This document shows, piece by piece, positions 28,996-37,195 of a DNA stretch of 64,000 nt (the first letter of the stretch is position 1; the number at the start of each line of letters is the position of its first letter). Source of the DNA: Chloroflexota bacterium. Its GTDB lineage: Bacteria > Chloroflexota > UBA11872 > VXOZ01. Position numbers and translations under genes: made by a program. The DNA is taken from the NCBI GenBank assembly GCA_965220175.1, contig OZ244814.1:300992-364991 (forward strand), read 5' to 3'. Under the pieces are notes generated by a model, which saw only the letters and a list, made by a program, of their open reading frames with translations, was not told the origin of the DNA and ran no database searches.

Positions 28996-29835
28996 TTAGG
29001 TATCGATCTGTTTGAGCCAAGCAACGAACGCTTCGGAACACCAGCGCGGCGGATCGGCCTCGGCAAGCTCAAGCCAGCGGTCTACCATGGGCCGGGCGCG
29101 GGTACCGCGGATAGTAGCCGCTCCGATCGTGCCGTAATGCAGGCCTCCCTCCTCTGCCAAAACGGCTTCGAATGCCTCACGCGGCTTTAGACCGATGCTC
29201 GGCCACACGCCCGGCTGCTGCCAACCGCTTATCTGTGCCGCCAGGCATTCGCGCTGCTCGGGCGCGGCTCTCTGCAGTGCGCGCTCTACCAGCCTGCTTT
29301 CTACGAAGTGCACCATCGTATTGAAGTGGAAGTTGATACCCAGGAAGCAGTAGGCCACGTTCCAATCGTAGAACTTCTGCCAGGGACTCTCTCGCGCGAA
29401 GGCGCGCGGACCCCAGGGTCCAAGGCGCTGGCCCGCTGCGCCATGATTGGCAGTGAGTTCCCGAGCGCGTGGGCCAATAGCCGACACCGAGTGCGTGCCA
29501 TGGTCGCTGCGTATGGCTTCCGACCGGTGGCGCAGGACTTCGGTGATACGCCCGACGCACGAGACCGAGGTCTCGATGTTCCAGCGGTCGAACGTCAGGT
29601 GCCGCTCGCCGTCCGGCATGCGGCAGAGGGTGGGCACGACGACTGTGCCCTCGGGGCCAACCGCATCCAGGAACCCGTCTATCACCGTATCCGCGCCGCC
29701 GACCACCCAGCCCATGCTGCTCAGGGAACTGTGGAACATCACCGTGTCACCGGGCCGCACACCGACTTGCTGCAGGGCGTTGGTGATCTCCTGGCGTTCA
29801 ACGTTGCTTGCTGTACGGCGGGCGTCAGTCACCAC
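28996..29835 (-). CDS. aminoglycoside N(3)-acetyltransferase family protein (AAC(3))
   Basis: VMFHSSLSSMGWVVGGADTVIDGFLDAVGPEGTVVVPT and the downstream RSDHGTHSVSAIG blocks match the Antibiotic_NAT (AAC(3)) family. Confidence 0.8.
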   Translation of the reverse strand: MVTDARRTASNVERQEITNALQQVGVRPGDTVMFHSSLSSMGWVVGGADTVIDGFLDAVGPEGTVVVPTLCRMPDGERHLTFDRWNIETSVSCVGRITEVLRHRSEAIRSDHGTHSVSAIGPRARELTANHGAAGQRLGPWGPRAFARESPWQKFYDWNVAYCFLGINFHFNTMVHFVESRLVERALQRAAPEQRECLAAQISGWQQPGVWPSIGLKPREAFEAVLAEEGGLHYGTIGAATIRGTRARPMVDRWLELAEADPPRWCSEAFVAWLKQIDT

Positions 29836-29987
29836 GTGTGGACTCCTCTTCTATTACGCGTCCCTTACCCGCCTATTCTACAATGCACGGGATTGAGTGA
29901 AGCGGAATCGCCGCTTACGGCACTCCCAGCGCGGCTTGAAGCAATCGACTTCACTGTTTGCGACTAAGGCGCGGAATTAGACGCGTA

Positions 29988-30452
29988 GCGCGGGGGCTTG
30001 TCCTCCGCTCCGCCATTTAGAATAAGGAACGACACCTATCCGTCACTCCGGCGGAAGCCGGAGTCCAGGGCACGCGGGCCCGGAATAAAGATGGATTCCC
30101 GCGTGCGCGGGAATGACGGTCTGACGGCGCAGATTGCAGTACCGCCTTCTATTCACCGTATCGCGGGGGCTTGTCCTCCGCTCCGCCATTTAGAATAAAG
30201 AACGGCACCCATCCGTCACTCCGGCGAAAGCCGGAGTCCAGGGCGCCCGCGGCAGGAATGAAGATGGATTCCCGTTTTCGCGGGAATGACGGTCTGACGG
30301 CGCAGGTTGCAGTGCCGCCCAATCTTCACCGTAGTGCGGGGGCTGATCCACCGTATCGCCATCAAACCAAACCACGGAACCTTTCCGTCACTCCGGCGGA
30401 AGCCGGAGTCCAGGGCACTCGCAGCAGGAATGAAGATGGATTCCAGCATGCA
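29988..30452. repeat. Tandem array (about 2.7 copies of a ~175-bp unit) of family A composite hairpin repeat
   Basis: Units start at about 29988, 30163 and 30335. Each contains CGCGGGGGCTTGTCC, CCGTCACTCCGGCG(G/A)AAGCCGGAGTCCAGGG, GATGGATTCCCG(C/T)(G/T)T(G/T)CGCGGGAATGACGG and GACGGCGCAG(A/G)TTGCAGT. ORFs called inside it (29998..30198, 30171..30476, 30190..30375) are artefacts. Confidence 0.85.
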
Positions 30453-30615
30453 GACCTCTCTATTGTGGTGGGTTGAGCTACTCGCTGTCTTAATCATATG
30501 ACTGGCTGTCTTTTGAAAAGTCAACGCAACCTAGTATAGTGATACCCACAAGCGACAGGGCGCCACCACAAAAGGGGCCTGAGTTTCAGCTTTGGAGTGT
30601 GGGTGGGGCGTCAAT

Positions 30616-31884
30616 ATGATTGGGGCGTTGACGGACGCCTTGCAAGAGTGCGACTTCTTGTCTGAAAAGGCCGGTGAGACTATGTACGGCGTAATCTGGA
30701 CGTATCCCTGGGACGTGCTCGACGCGGGCGTTGACACTGCGATGGCGCAGATCGCCAATGAAGGCGGCATGCAGGCGGTTTCCCTCAGCCACAGCTACCA
30801 CAACGTCAAGCACTTGCGGCCCCACAACCCCGGTCGCAAGCTCTTTGTCGCTAACTCGTCGGCCATTTACTTTCAACCCGACCTCAAGCGTTACGGCGCC
30901 ATCAAGCCCATCGTGGCCCCGCTGGTGCAGGAAGACGACGGCATGCGCCGCATCCGCGACGCTGTAGAAAGACACGGCCTCGCGTATCATGCCTGGACGG
31001 TCACCCTGCACAACAGCGCGCTTGGCACGATTTATCCCCACATCAACACGCTCAATGCCCTGGGCGACCGCATTCCCCATTACCTCTGCCCCAGTAATCC
31101 CGATGTGCGCATCTACTTTACGGCGCTGCTGAGCGATATGGCCGACAATCTCGCCCCCGACCAGGTCGAACTGGAGTTCCTGCATTTCGGCACCTTCGAA
31201 CACGACGTCCACCACGGCATACAGAGTGTGGAATTGGACCCTTTCACCGAATACCTGCTGGGTCTCTGCTTCTGCGAGCATTGCTTGGGCCGCGCTCAAG
31301 CGGCAGGGGTGGATGGTGAGGCCGTGCGCCGGTGGGCCCAGGGCCACATCCTCGACTACCTGGAAGGCGATCAGTTGCCCGCGCTCGGGGGCTTGGGCGA
31401 CAACATCGCCGGCCATGCGCTCACGTTTGCCGCGCTTGACGGCTACCTGCGCATGCGCATCGATAGTGTCATGTCGCTCTGGGCCGAGTGCAAACAGGCC
31501 TTGGGCGGCAAGTCGGACTTTGTGCCCATCGTCAACATGGGCGTCGGCATGCCTGACCAGGCATCGGTCAAACAGGCGCTGGACGGTGTCGACATCGGCC
31601 GCGCTCTCGATGAAGGCATCCCAAACGAACTGCTCGACTGCGCCGCGTATTCGCTGGACGGTCTCATTCTCAGACGCGCCGTCCACGACTTGCGACGGTT
31701 GGTAGATGATCGGGTGCCCATCCGCGAGGGATTGCGGCTCATTCCGCCGCAGGTGATTACGTCGGCGGACGTGGCTGGACAGATCGAAAAGGTGCGCGCG
31801 CTCGGCATCGACCGCGTGAACGTCTACAACTACGGCCTGATGCGCCTAGCCAATCTGCGGGCAGCCAAACAAGCGCTGGCGTAG
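30616..31884 (+). CDS. hypothetical protein (possibly a TIM-barrel glycoside-hydrolase-like fold; unassigned)
   Basis: Long ORF with protein-like composition (W/Y/F/H rich). The antisense ORF 30586..31686 has antisense-type R/A/V/G bias and is rejected. No firm family recognised. Confidence 0.5.
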   Translation: MIGALTDALQECDFLSEKAGETMYGVIWTYPWDVLDAGVDTAMAQIANEGGMQAVSLSHSYHNVKHLRPHNPGRKLFVANSSAIYFQPDLKRYGAIKPIVAPLVQEDDGMRRIRDAVERHGLAYHAWTVTLHNSALGTIYPHINTLNALGDRIPHYLCPSNPDVRIYFTALLSDMADNLAPDQVELEFLHFGTFEHDVHHGIQSVELDPFTEYLLGLCFCEHCLGRAQAAGVDGEAVRRWAQGHILDYLEGDQLPALGGLGDNIAGHALTFAALDGYLRMRIDSVMSLWAECKQALGGKSDFVPIVNMGVGMPDQASVKQALDGVDIGRALDEGIPNELLDCAAYSLDGLILRRAVHDLRRLVDDRVPIREGLRLIPPQVITSADVAGQIEKVRALGIDRVNVYNYGLMRLANLRAAKQALA

Positions 31885-32079
31885 GTCACATGTATGCCGC
31901 CCTCCTACCCAACAAACAATGAAAGATGGCGGGGCGGCGTAGGGGCACGATATATCGTGCCCCTACAAGATAATGGATGGCGGTAGTAAAACCAAAGACG
32001 ATACATACCTGAACCGATTGAAGATGGAATAGGCAGTTTATGAGGCTCAGGTTTTGTTCCCTCTCCTGGGGGAGTGTAT

Positions 32080-33335
32080 AGACCGGGTTGATGGGTAACA
32101 CTTGTTCGGGCTGATAGGTTACACCTAAAGGCATGGAGAATCTTGCAGCAGGAGGATGGCCATGCCGTGGAAGGTGGAAACACTTATGTCTGCTCGGGAA
32201 GAATTTATCGCTCTGGCACTGGCTGACGGGGCGAACATGAGTGAGCTGTGTCGGCGCATGGGGATCAGTCGGAAGACCGGGTACAAGACGCTGCGGCGGT
32301 ACGCGCAGAGTGGTGCAGACGGTCTGCAGGACCGGTCGCACCGCACGCACACGTGTCCGCACCGCACGAGCCGGGAGATGGAGGAACGCATCATCGCGTT
32401 GCGGCTGGCGCATCCCAAGAAGGGCGCGCACGTGCTGCGCAGGATGCTGCAAGACCAGGGGGTGACCGACGTGCCGGCCAAGAGCACGATCCAGGCCATG
32501 CTCAAGCGCAATGGCCTCATCGACCCTGCAGAGAGCGCCAAGCATACTCCCCAGGTGCGCTTTGAGTACCCTGCGCCCAACGACCTGTGGCAGTTGGACT
32601 TCAAAGGGCATTTCAGCATGCAGCACGACCGCTGCCATCCGCTCACGCTCCTGGACGATCATTCTCGCTTCAACCTCACGCTCCAAGCCTGTGCCAACCA
32701 GCGTGGCGAGACGGTGCAAGACCGCCTCACCACGGCCTTTCGCCGCTACGGCCTGCCCCAGGCCATGCTCATGGATAACGGCTCACCCTGGGGCAACGAC
32801 GCCGGTCAGCCCTACACGCCCTTCACCGTCTGGCTCATGCACCTGGGCATCACCGTGCGCCACAGCCGACCCTACCATCCCCAAACCCTCGGCAAGCTCG
32901 AACGCTTCCACCGCTCCCTCAAAAGCGAATTGCTGCAGGGCCGTACCTTCACCGACCTGGAGCACTGCCAACGCGCCTTCGACACGTGGCGTCATTTCTA
33001 CAACTTGGAACGCCCGCACTATGCCCTCGGCCTGGACACTCCCATCAGCCGGTACACGCCCAGTGCACGCTCCTTCCCCGAGACCCTGCCTGCCCTTGAA
33101 TACGACCCCGACGATCAGGTGCGCAGCGTCGACGTCTCCGGCCGCATCTCTTTCCAGGGCAGCAGGCTCCGTGTCGGCAAAGCTTTCACCCACAAACAGG
33201 TCGCACTGCGACCCACCCCAACAGACGGCGTCTGGAACGTGTACTTCTCAAGACAACGCCTAAAGTCCATAGACCTCAGAGAACAAAATGTGTAACCTAT
33301 CAACCCGAACATCTGTTACCTATCAGCCCAGTCTG
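32080..33335 (+). mobile_element. IS481-family insertion sequence (~1.25 kb) with ~40-bp imperfect terminal inverted repeats, inserted into a family D palindromic repeat
   Basis: Left end CCGGGTTGATGGGTAACACTTGTTCGGGCTGATAGGTTACAC pairs with the reverse complement of the right end CTGGGCTGATAGGTAACAGATGTTCGGGTTGATAGGTTACAC (36 of 42 positions). The flanks (CCCTCTCCTGGGGGAG on the left, CAGGGAGAGGGTTAGGGTGAGGGG on the right) are the two halves of a family D repeat. Confidence 0.75.
32156..33295 (+). CDS. IS481-family transposase (DDE integrase core)
   Basis: N-terminal HTH region followed by an rve-type integrase core (LWQLDFKG, MLMDNGSPW, RPYHPQTLGKLERFHRSL). Confidence 0.85.
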   Translation: MAMPWKVETLMSAREEFIALALADGANMSELCRRMGISRKTGYKTLRRYAQSGADGLQDRSHRTHTCPHRTSREMEERIIALRLAHPKKGAHVLRRMLQDQGVTDVPAKSTIQAMLKRNGLIDPAESAKHTPQVRFEYPAPNDLWQLDFKGHFSMQHDRCHPLTLLDDHSRFNLTLQACANQRGETVQDRLTTAFRRYGLPQAMLMDNGSPWGNDAGQPYTPFTVWLMHLGITVRHSRPYHPQTLGKLERFHRSLKSELLQGRTFTDLEHCQRAFDTWRHFYNLERPHYALGLDTPISRYTPSARSFPETLPALEYDPDDQVRSVDVSGRISFQGSRLRVGKAFTHKQVALRPTPTDGVWNVYFSRQRLKSIDLREQNV

Positions 33336-33396
33336 TACAGGGAGAGGGTTAGGGTGAGGGGTCAAGAGGGACTATACGTACACTGAGAAGGTACTT

Positions 33397-34413
33397 ATGG
33401 TAGCAATCACGCAATGGAAATTCGGTAAACGCTGGGTCTATTCCACCACTTATGACGAAGTGGTGACCTCGACCGTAGAGAACGGATTGCCCATCCACGA
33501 GCAATTCGGCGCGCCGGGGCACATAACCGTCGTTGTAGGACAGATGGGCGAACCCCGCGACGTGCAGGGCAGCGGCTACGACGCTACCTATCGACATATC
33601 TCTGTAGAGGAGTGCAAGTTGGCGCAGCGGTACGGCTGGACGGTTTCCAACCATTCCATGACGCACAACAGGCTACCGGGCGACATGTCCGTGCCGGAGA
33701 ACGCCCGTATCGAGGTGGTGGACGCCACGCGCTTGCTGGAAGAGCGGCTGGGCACTCCGGTGACGACGTTCATTGCGCCGGGGAGCGATCACTGCCTGCC
33801 GTATGCCTGGCCGCTGGCAGAGGAAGCCGGGTGTCTGAGCATGTTCGGTGTGCGCGACCGGCTCAACTACCCCGATTCGGACCTCATGCAACTCAGCCGG
33901 CCGGTGGTCTACCACAAGCTCGATGAATACAACCGGCGCTACGATCCCTACCGGCTCGTCTACCGCGCCCGTGAAACCGGCGGCTGGATCGTGGATTACA
34001 CCCACGCGGTGCAGGACGAGCTTGTCATTCCCAACCGTGAATTGACGCCCACTGAACTCGGCAACCGCTTGGAAGCCATAACACGCGTCGGCGGAGACGA
34101 AGTCTGGCTGGCAGTGCCGGAGGAGGTGGTGGACTACCTCATCGTGGCGCGGGAAACGACAGTCGTTGACGAGCGGCGCACGCCGACTGCCATCACGTAC
34201 CGCCTGGCGGCGCCGGCTATACCGGACCGCATCCAATGGCACACGCTGACGTTCACGTGCACGGTGCCGCGCGAATGGTCGGATGTTGGCGTCGTGGTTA
34301 CCCACGCAGGCGAGATTGAACCGGTCACCCTGGAACGGCTCGACGACACGACCATACGTTACAGCCACCTTGTTGCCGACGGTCAGAAAGTGACGATCGA
34401 ACCGAAGAGCTAG
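33397..34413 (+). CDS. polysaccharide deacetylase-like (NodB-fold) protein
   Basis: VSNHSMTHNRL histidine motif and overall deacetylase-like layout. Weaker match than 20081..21028. Confidence 0.6.
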   Translation: MVAITQWKFGKRWVYSTTYDEVVTSTVENGLPIHEQFGAPGHITVVVGQMGEPRDVQGSGYDATYRHISVEECKLAQRYGWTVSNHSMTHNRLPGDMSVPENARIEVVDATRLLEERLGTPVTTFIAPGSDHCLPYAWPLAEEAGCLSMFGVRDRLNYPDSDLMQLSRPVVYHKLDEYNRRYDPYRLVYRARETGGWIVDYTHAVQDELVIPNRELTPTELGNRLEAITRVGGDEVWLAVPEEVVDYLIVARETTVVDERRTPTAITYRLAAPAIPDRIQWHTLTFTCTVPREWSDVGVVVTHAGEIEPVTLERLDDTTIRYSHLVADGQKVTIEPKS

Positions 34414-34488
34414 CGGCTGGCGCCGGATGGTATACACGTATTGAGCCACCTACAGGCGCGAGCGTCGAGATCATCAGGAGTTCTCGCC

Positions 34489-35811
34489 ATGTCACCACAG
34501 GGACTACCCGGCGCAGTCAAAGCGGAGATTACGCGTCACGGGGCAGCCTTGCAGGACGAGGCCACGGACTTTCTGCGGCAACTCGTCGCGTGCGAGACCG
34601 CCGTACGGAGCCCCGTTACGCCGGAATTCGTCGCCGAGACCCGCAAGTGCCGCCGCCTCGTCGCGGGTTTTCTCGAAGAACTTGGTTGCGAGGTGCATGA
34701 GTGGGACACGCGAAACGGCTATCCCACCCTGGCGGCGCGGCTGCCCGGCAGCGGCGGCGGTAGATCACTGACCTTCAACGGGCACATTGACGTGGTTCCC
34801 GTAGGTGATACATCGGCATGGACCCGCGATCCCTGGGCCGGGGAGATCGAATACGGCAAGATGTACGGGCGCGGCACCGCCGACATGAAGGCCGGTCTTG
34901 TAAGCATGCTCTATGCCGCCAAGTCTGTGCTGAGTGCGGGCTATCGTCCGGCGGGCGACGTGTGGTTCCACGTGGTAAGCGATGAGGAGCTGGTGGGTCT
35001 GGGCACGCGGGAGTGCATAGAGCGGTTTCCGCCCTCCGACGCCGTGCTCGACGCCGAACCCACCGATCTGATCGTCATCCCCACCGAAGGCGGACTGGAG
35101 CACCTGCGCATTGAGATCGAAGGCCGCGAAGCCCATGCCGGCAGCCGCTGGCGCAATCTCGCGCCCGGCGAAAACGGCCCCGGCGTGAACGCGGTGGAGA
35201 AAGGCGTCAAACTCGTTACCGCTATTCAAGACCTGGAACGCCAGTGGGTGAACCGCAAGTCGCACCCGCTCTTTCCGCCCGGGTATAACTCCATCCTGCC
35301 GGCCATCTTCATCGGCGGTCCCGGCGGCGGGAAGGACGGCCAACTCAACGTGGTCAACAATCCCGGCACCATGGCGAATTACTGCGCCATCGAGTACAAC
35401 ATCTGGTACTACCCCGACGAGCCGTGCAAACAGGTAAAGTCAGAGTTCGAGGCGTTTGTGCACGCGGTCTGCCAAACGGACGAGTGGCTGCGCGAACACC
35501 CGCCAAAGCTCACGTGGGGGCTGCGCCAGGTGACGTTTCCGGCGTTCGAGACCGCCCCTGAGCATCCCTTTATTGAACTGCTGACACACAATGTCGCGCA
35601 GGCCGGTCTGCAGCCTGACATCAAGGGCTTTTCAGCCGCCAGCGACCTGGCCTGGTATGCCCAAGCCGACATGCCCGGCTGTCTGTTCGGTCCCGGCGGC
35701 ATCGCCCAGGCGCACAGCCCCGATGAATTCGTGTCGCTGGCCGACTTCTATCGTGGGATTGAAGTCTGCGCCGCGCAACTCGCCGGCTGGTGCGGTGTGA
35801 AAAAAGCGTAG
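34489..35811 (+). CDS. M20-family metallopeptidase / deacylase (ArgE/DapE-like)
   Basis: AGGAG RBS. GHIDVVPVGD and GRGTADMKAGL metal-binding motifs of peptidase family M20. Confidence 0.8.
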   Translation: MSPQGLPGAVKAEITRHGAALQDEATDFLRQLVACETAVRSPVTPEFVAETRKCRRLVAGFLEELGCEVHEWDTRNGYPTLAARLPGSGGGRSLTFNGHIDVVPVGDTSAWTRDPWAGEIEYGKMYGRGTADMKAGLVSMLYAAKSVLSAGYRPAGDVWFHVVSDEELVGLGTRECIERFPPSDAVLDAEPTDLIVIPTEGGLEHLRIEIEGREAHAGSRWRNLAPGENGPGVNAVEKGVKLVTAIQDLERQWVNRKSHPLFPPGYNSILPAIFIGGPGGGKDGQLNVVNNPGTMANYCAIEYNIWYYPDEPCKQVKSEFEAFVHAVCQTDEWLREHPPKLTWGLRQVTFPAFETAPEHPFIELLTHNVAQAGLQPDIKGFSAASDLAWYAQADMPGCLFGPGGIAQAHSPDEFVSLADFYRGIEVCAAQLAGWCGVKKA

Positions 35812-35982
35812 AGGCATGCTTGCAAAACACTTCGGCAACTCGATAACAGAGCCTTGACGACTCTGTGTCACTGTCTTGCGCATTGAACTCCACCGCTGGA
35901 GCCGAAATTGAATTCATCCGCCAGAGGTGAATTTGAGGGTGCGTTCACCAATTCGGTAGCTTCATGGGACTGGGGGAATTGG

Positions 35983-36012
35983 TCCGTCATTCCGGCGAAA
36001 GCCGGAATCCAG
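35983..36012. repeat. Family A repeat module (GTCATTCCGGCGAAAGCCGGAATCC)
   Basis: GAAA-looped perfect hairpin identical in design to module 1 elsewhere. Confidence 0.7.
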
Positions 36013-36125
36013 AAGCCGTAGCGAAATTGCGGTAACTGTGAAGCGAATTCTCTTCCATTCTGTCCCAGACTGCACAGTATGCAGAAGATTGTGTCTCGCA
36101 ATAGCATTCGATTGGCAAATCGCCC

Positions 36126-37112
36126 ATGGCACAAGTGAATCCTCCAACAAATGAACCTGAAGGGTTCAAGGAAGCGAGCGTACAGCGCACGGCTGTCGAC
36201 CTTGCGCTTCCGGACGATTCAAGAGTCTCAATTCCAGTTACCCACATCTTTGGCCAATGTCCGCGGCCAAGAGTGGTGATTGTGGCCGGTGTGCACGGCG
36301 ACGAGTTGGTTGGACCGCAGGCATTGGTCGAGTTGGCGCGGGAGCTAACCCCAGGCGACTTGCGCGGTACGGTAGTTCTAGTGCCGAGTGCCAATCCACT
36401 GGCCATTGCCGCCGGTCTGCGCACAGCGCCACATGACGACGTGGACCTGAACCGCATCTTACCTGGCAAGCGCGGCGGCTCGGCGACCGAGCGCATTGCC
36501 AACTGTCTCGTCACATCGGTTATTGCTGACGCAGATTGGGTAATTGACCTCCATAGCGCGGGACGGGAGGGCGATCTGCTGCCGCTGAGCGGCTTCCGTG
36601 AGGCGACCGGCGAATGCGCGCGCCGTTCTGCCCTGGCAGCCGCGGCCTTTGGTCTGGAGCACTACTGGATGATGCGCTGGTCCCCCGGCACGCTCTCCAC
36701 GTGGGCCAATCAGCAAGGCATTCCGGCCGTAGGCTGCGAGGTGGGCGGCCGCGGCATGGCTACACGCGAGCAGATCGACCTCTACAAGAAGGGTATGCGC
36801 CGCTGCCTGCGGCACCTCGGCATGCTCGATCCGCCGCTGGAGGTCGCCATGCCGCCCAAGGTCTGGACACAAGAACACCTTTTCGCCCCGTGCGGCGGAC
36901 TGTTGGAATCTCTTGTAACGCTGAGGCAAGATGTTCAGGCCGGGGAAGCACTCGCCCGCGTGCATGATCTTTGGGGGAACGTCTGCGGCGAAATCACCGC
37001 GCCAGAGGACGGCAAGATCCTGCATACTCGCGTTCAGCAGTCAGTAGCAGCGGGTGACAACGTCTTCTGGCTGGGACGCGAGGAAGACAATCCGTTGCAT
37101 TCGTCCACGTAG
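36126..37112 (+). CDS. succinylglutamate desuccinylase / aspartoacylase family (AstE/AspA) zinc deacylase
   Basis: VVIVAGVHGDELVGPQAL zinc-ligand motif and DLHS...E arrangement typical of the AstE_AspA family. Confidence 0.75.
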   Translation: MAQVNPPTNEPEGFKEASVQRTAVDLALPDDSRVSIPVTHIFGQCPRPRVVIVAGVHGDELVGPQALVELARELTPGDLRGTVVLVPSANPLAIAAGLRTAPHDDVDLNRILPGKRGGSATERIANCLVTSVIADADWVIDLHSAGREGDLLPLSGFREATGECARRSALAAAAFGLEHYWMMRWSPGTLSTWANQQGIPAVGCEVGGRGMATREQIDLYKKGMRRCLRHLGMLDPPLEVAMPPKVWTQEHLFAPCGGLLESLVTLRQDVQAGEALARVHDLWGNVCGEITAPEDGKILHTRVQQSVAAGDNVFWLGREEDNPLHSST

Positions 37113-37195
37113 TGCGTCTGTCGGTTACATGCTTCGCTCGAATGAGGACTGCAAGAGAGTGGATGCGGTCATTACTGACGGGGAAACCAACAGGC

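Noticed and set aside
29988-30452. Possible CRISPR array.
   Set aside because: The tandem units are ~175 bp with no short unique spacers between ~30-bp repeats, and no cas genes are nearby. It is a tandemly duplicated interspersed repeat, not a CRISPR.
29998-30476. ORFs 29998..30198, 30171..30476, 30190..30375 and 30307..30501 (also 2130..2321, 2134..2340, 11125..11355, 13714..13980 N-terminus, 35868..36134, 41498..41746, 58569..58814).
   Set aside because: They are translations of the stop-free family A repeat units (the recurring ...SLRRKPESRA...MDSRFRGNDG... peptides). They repeat wherever the DNA repeat occurs, so they are repeat artefacts rather than genes.
31886-32719. 277-aa minus-strand ORF spanning the left IS481 boundary.
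   Set aside because: It crosses the IS terminal inverted repeat and is antisense to the transposase N-terminus. Its composition is antisense-like.
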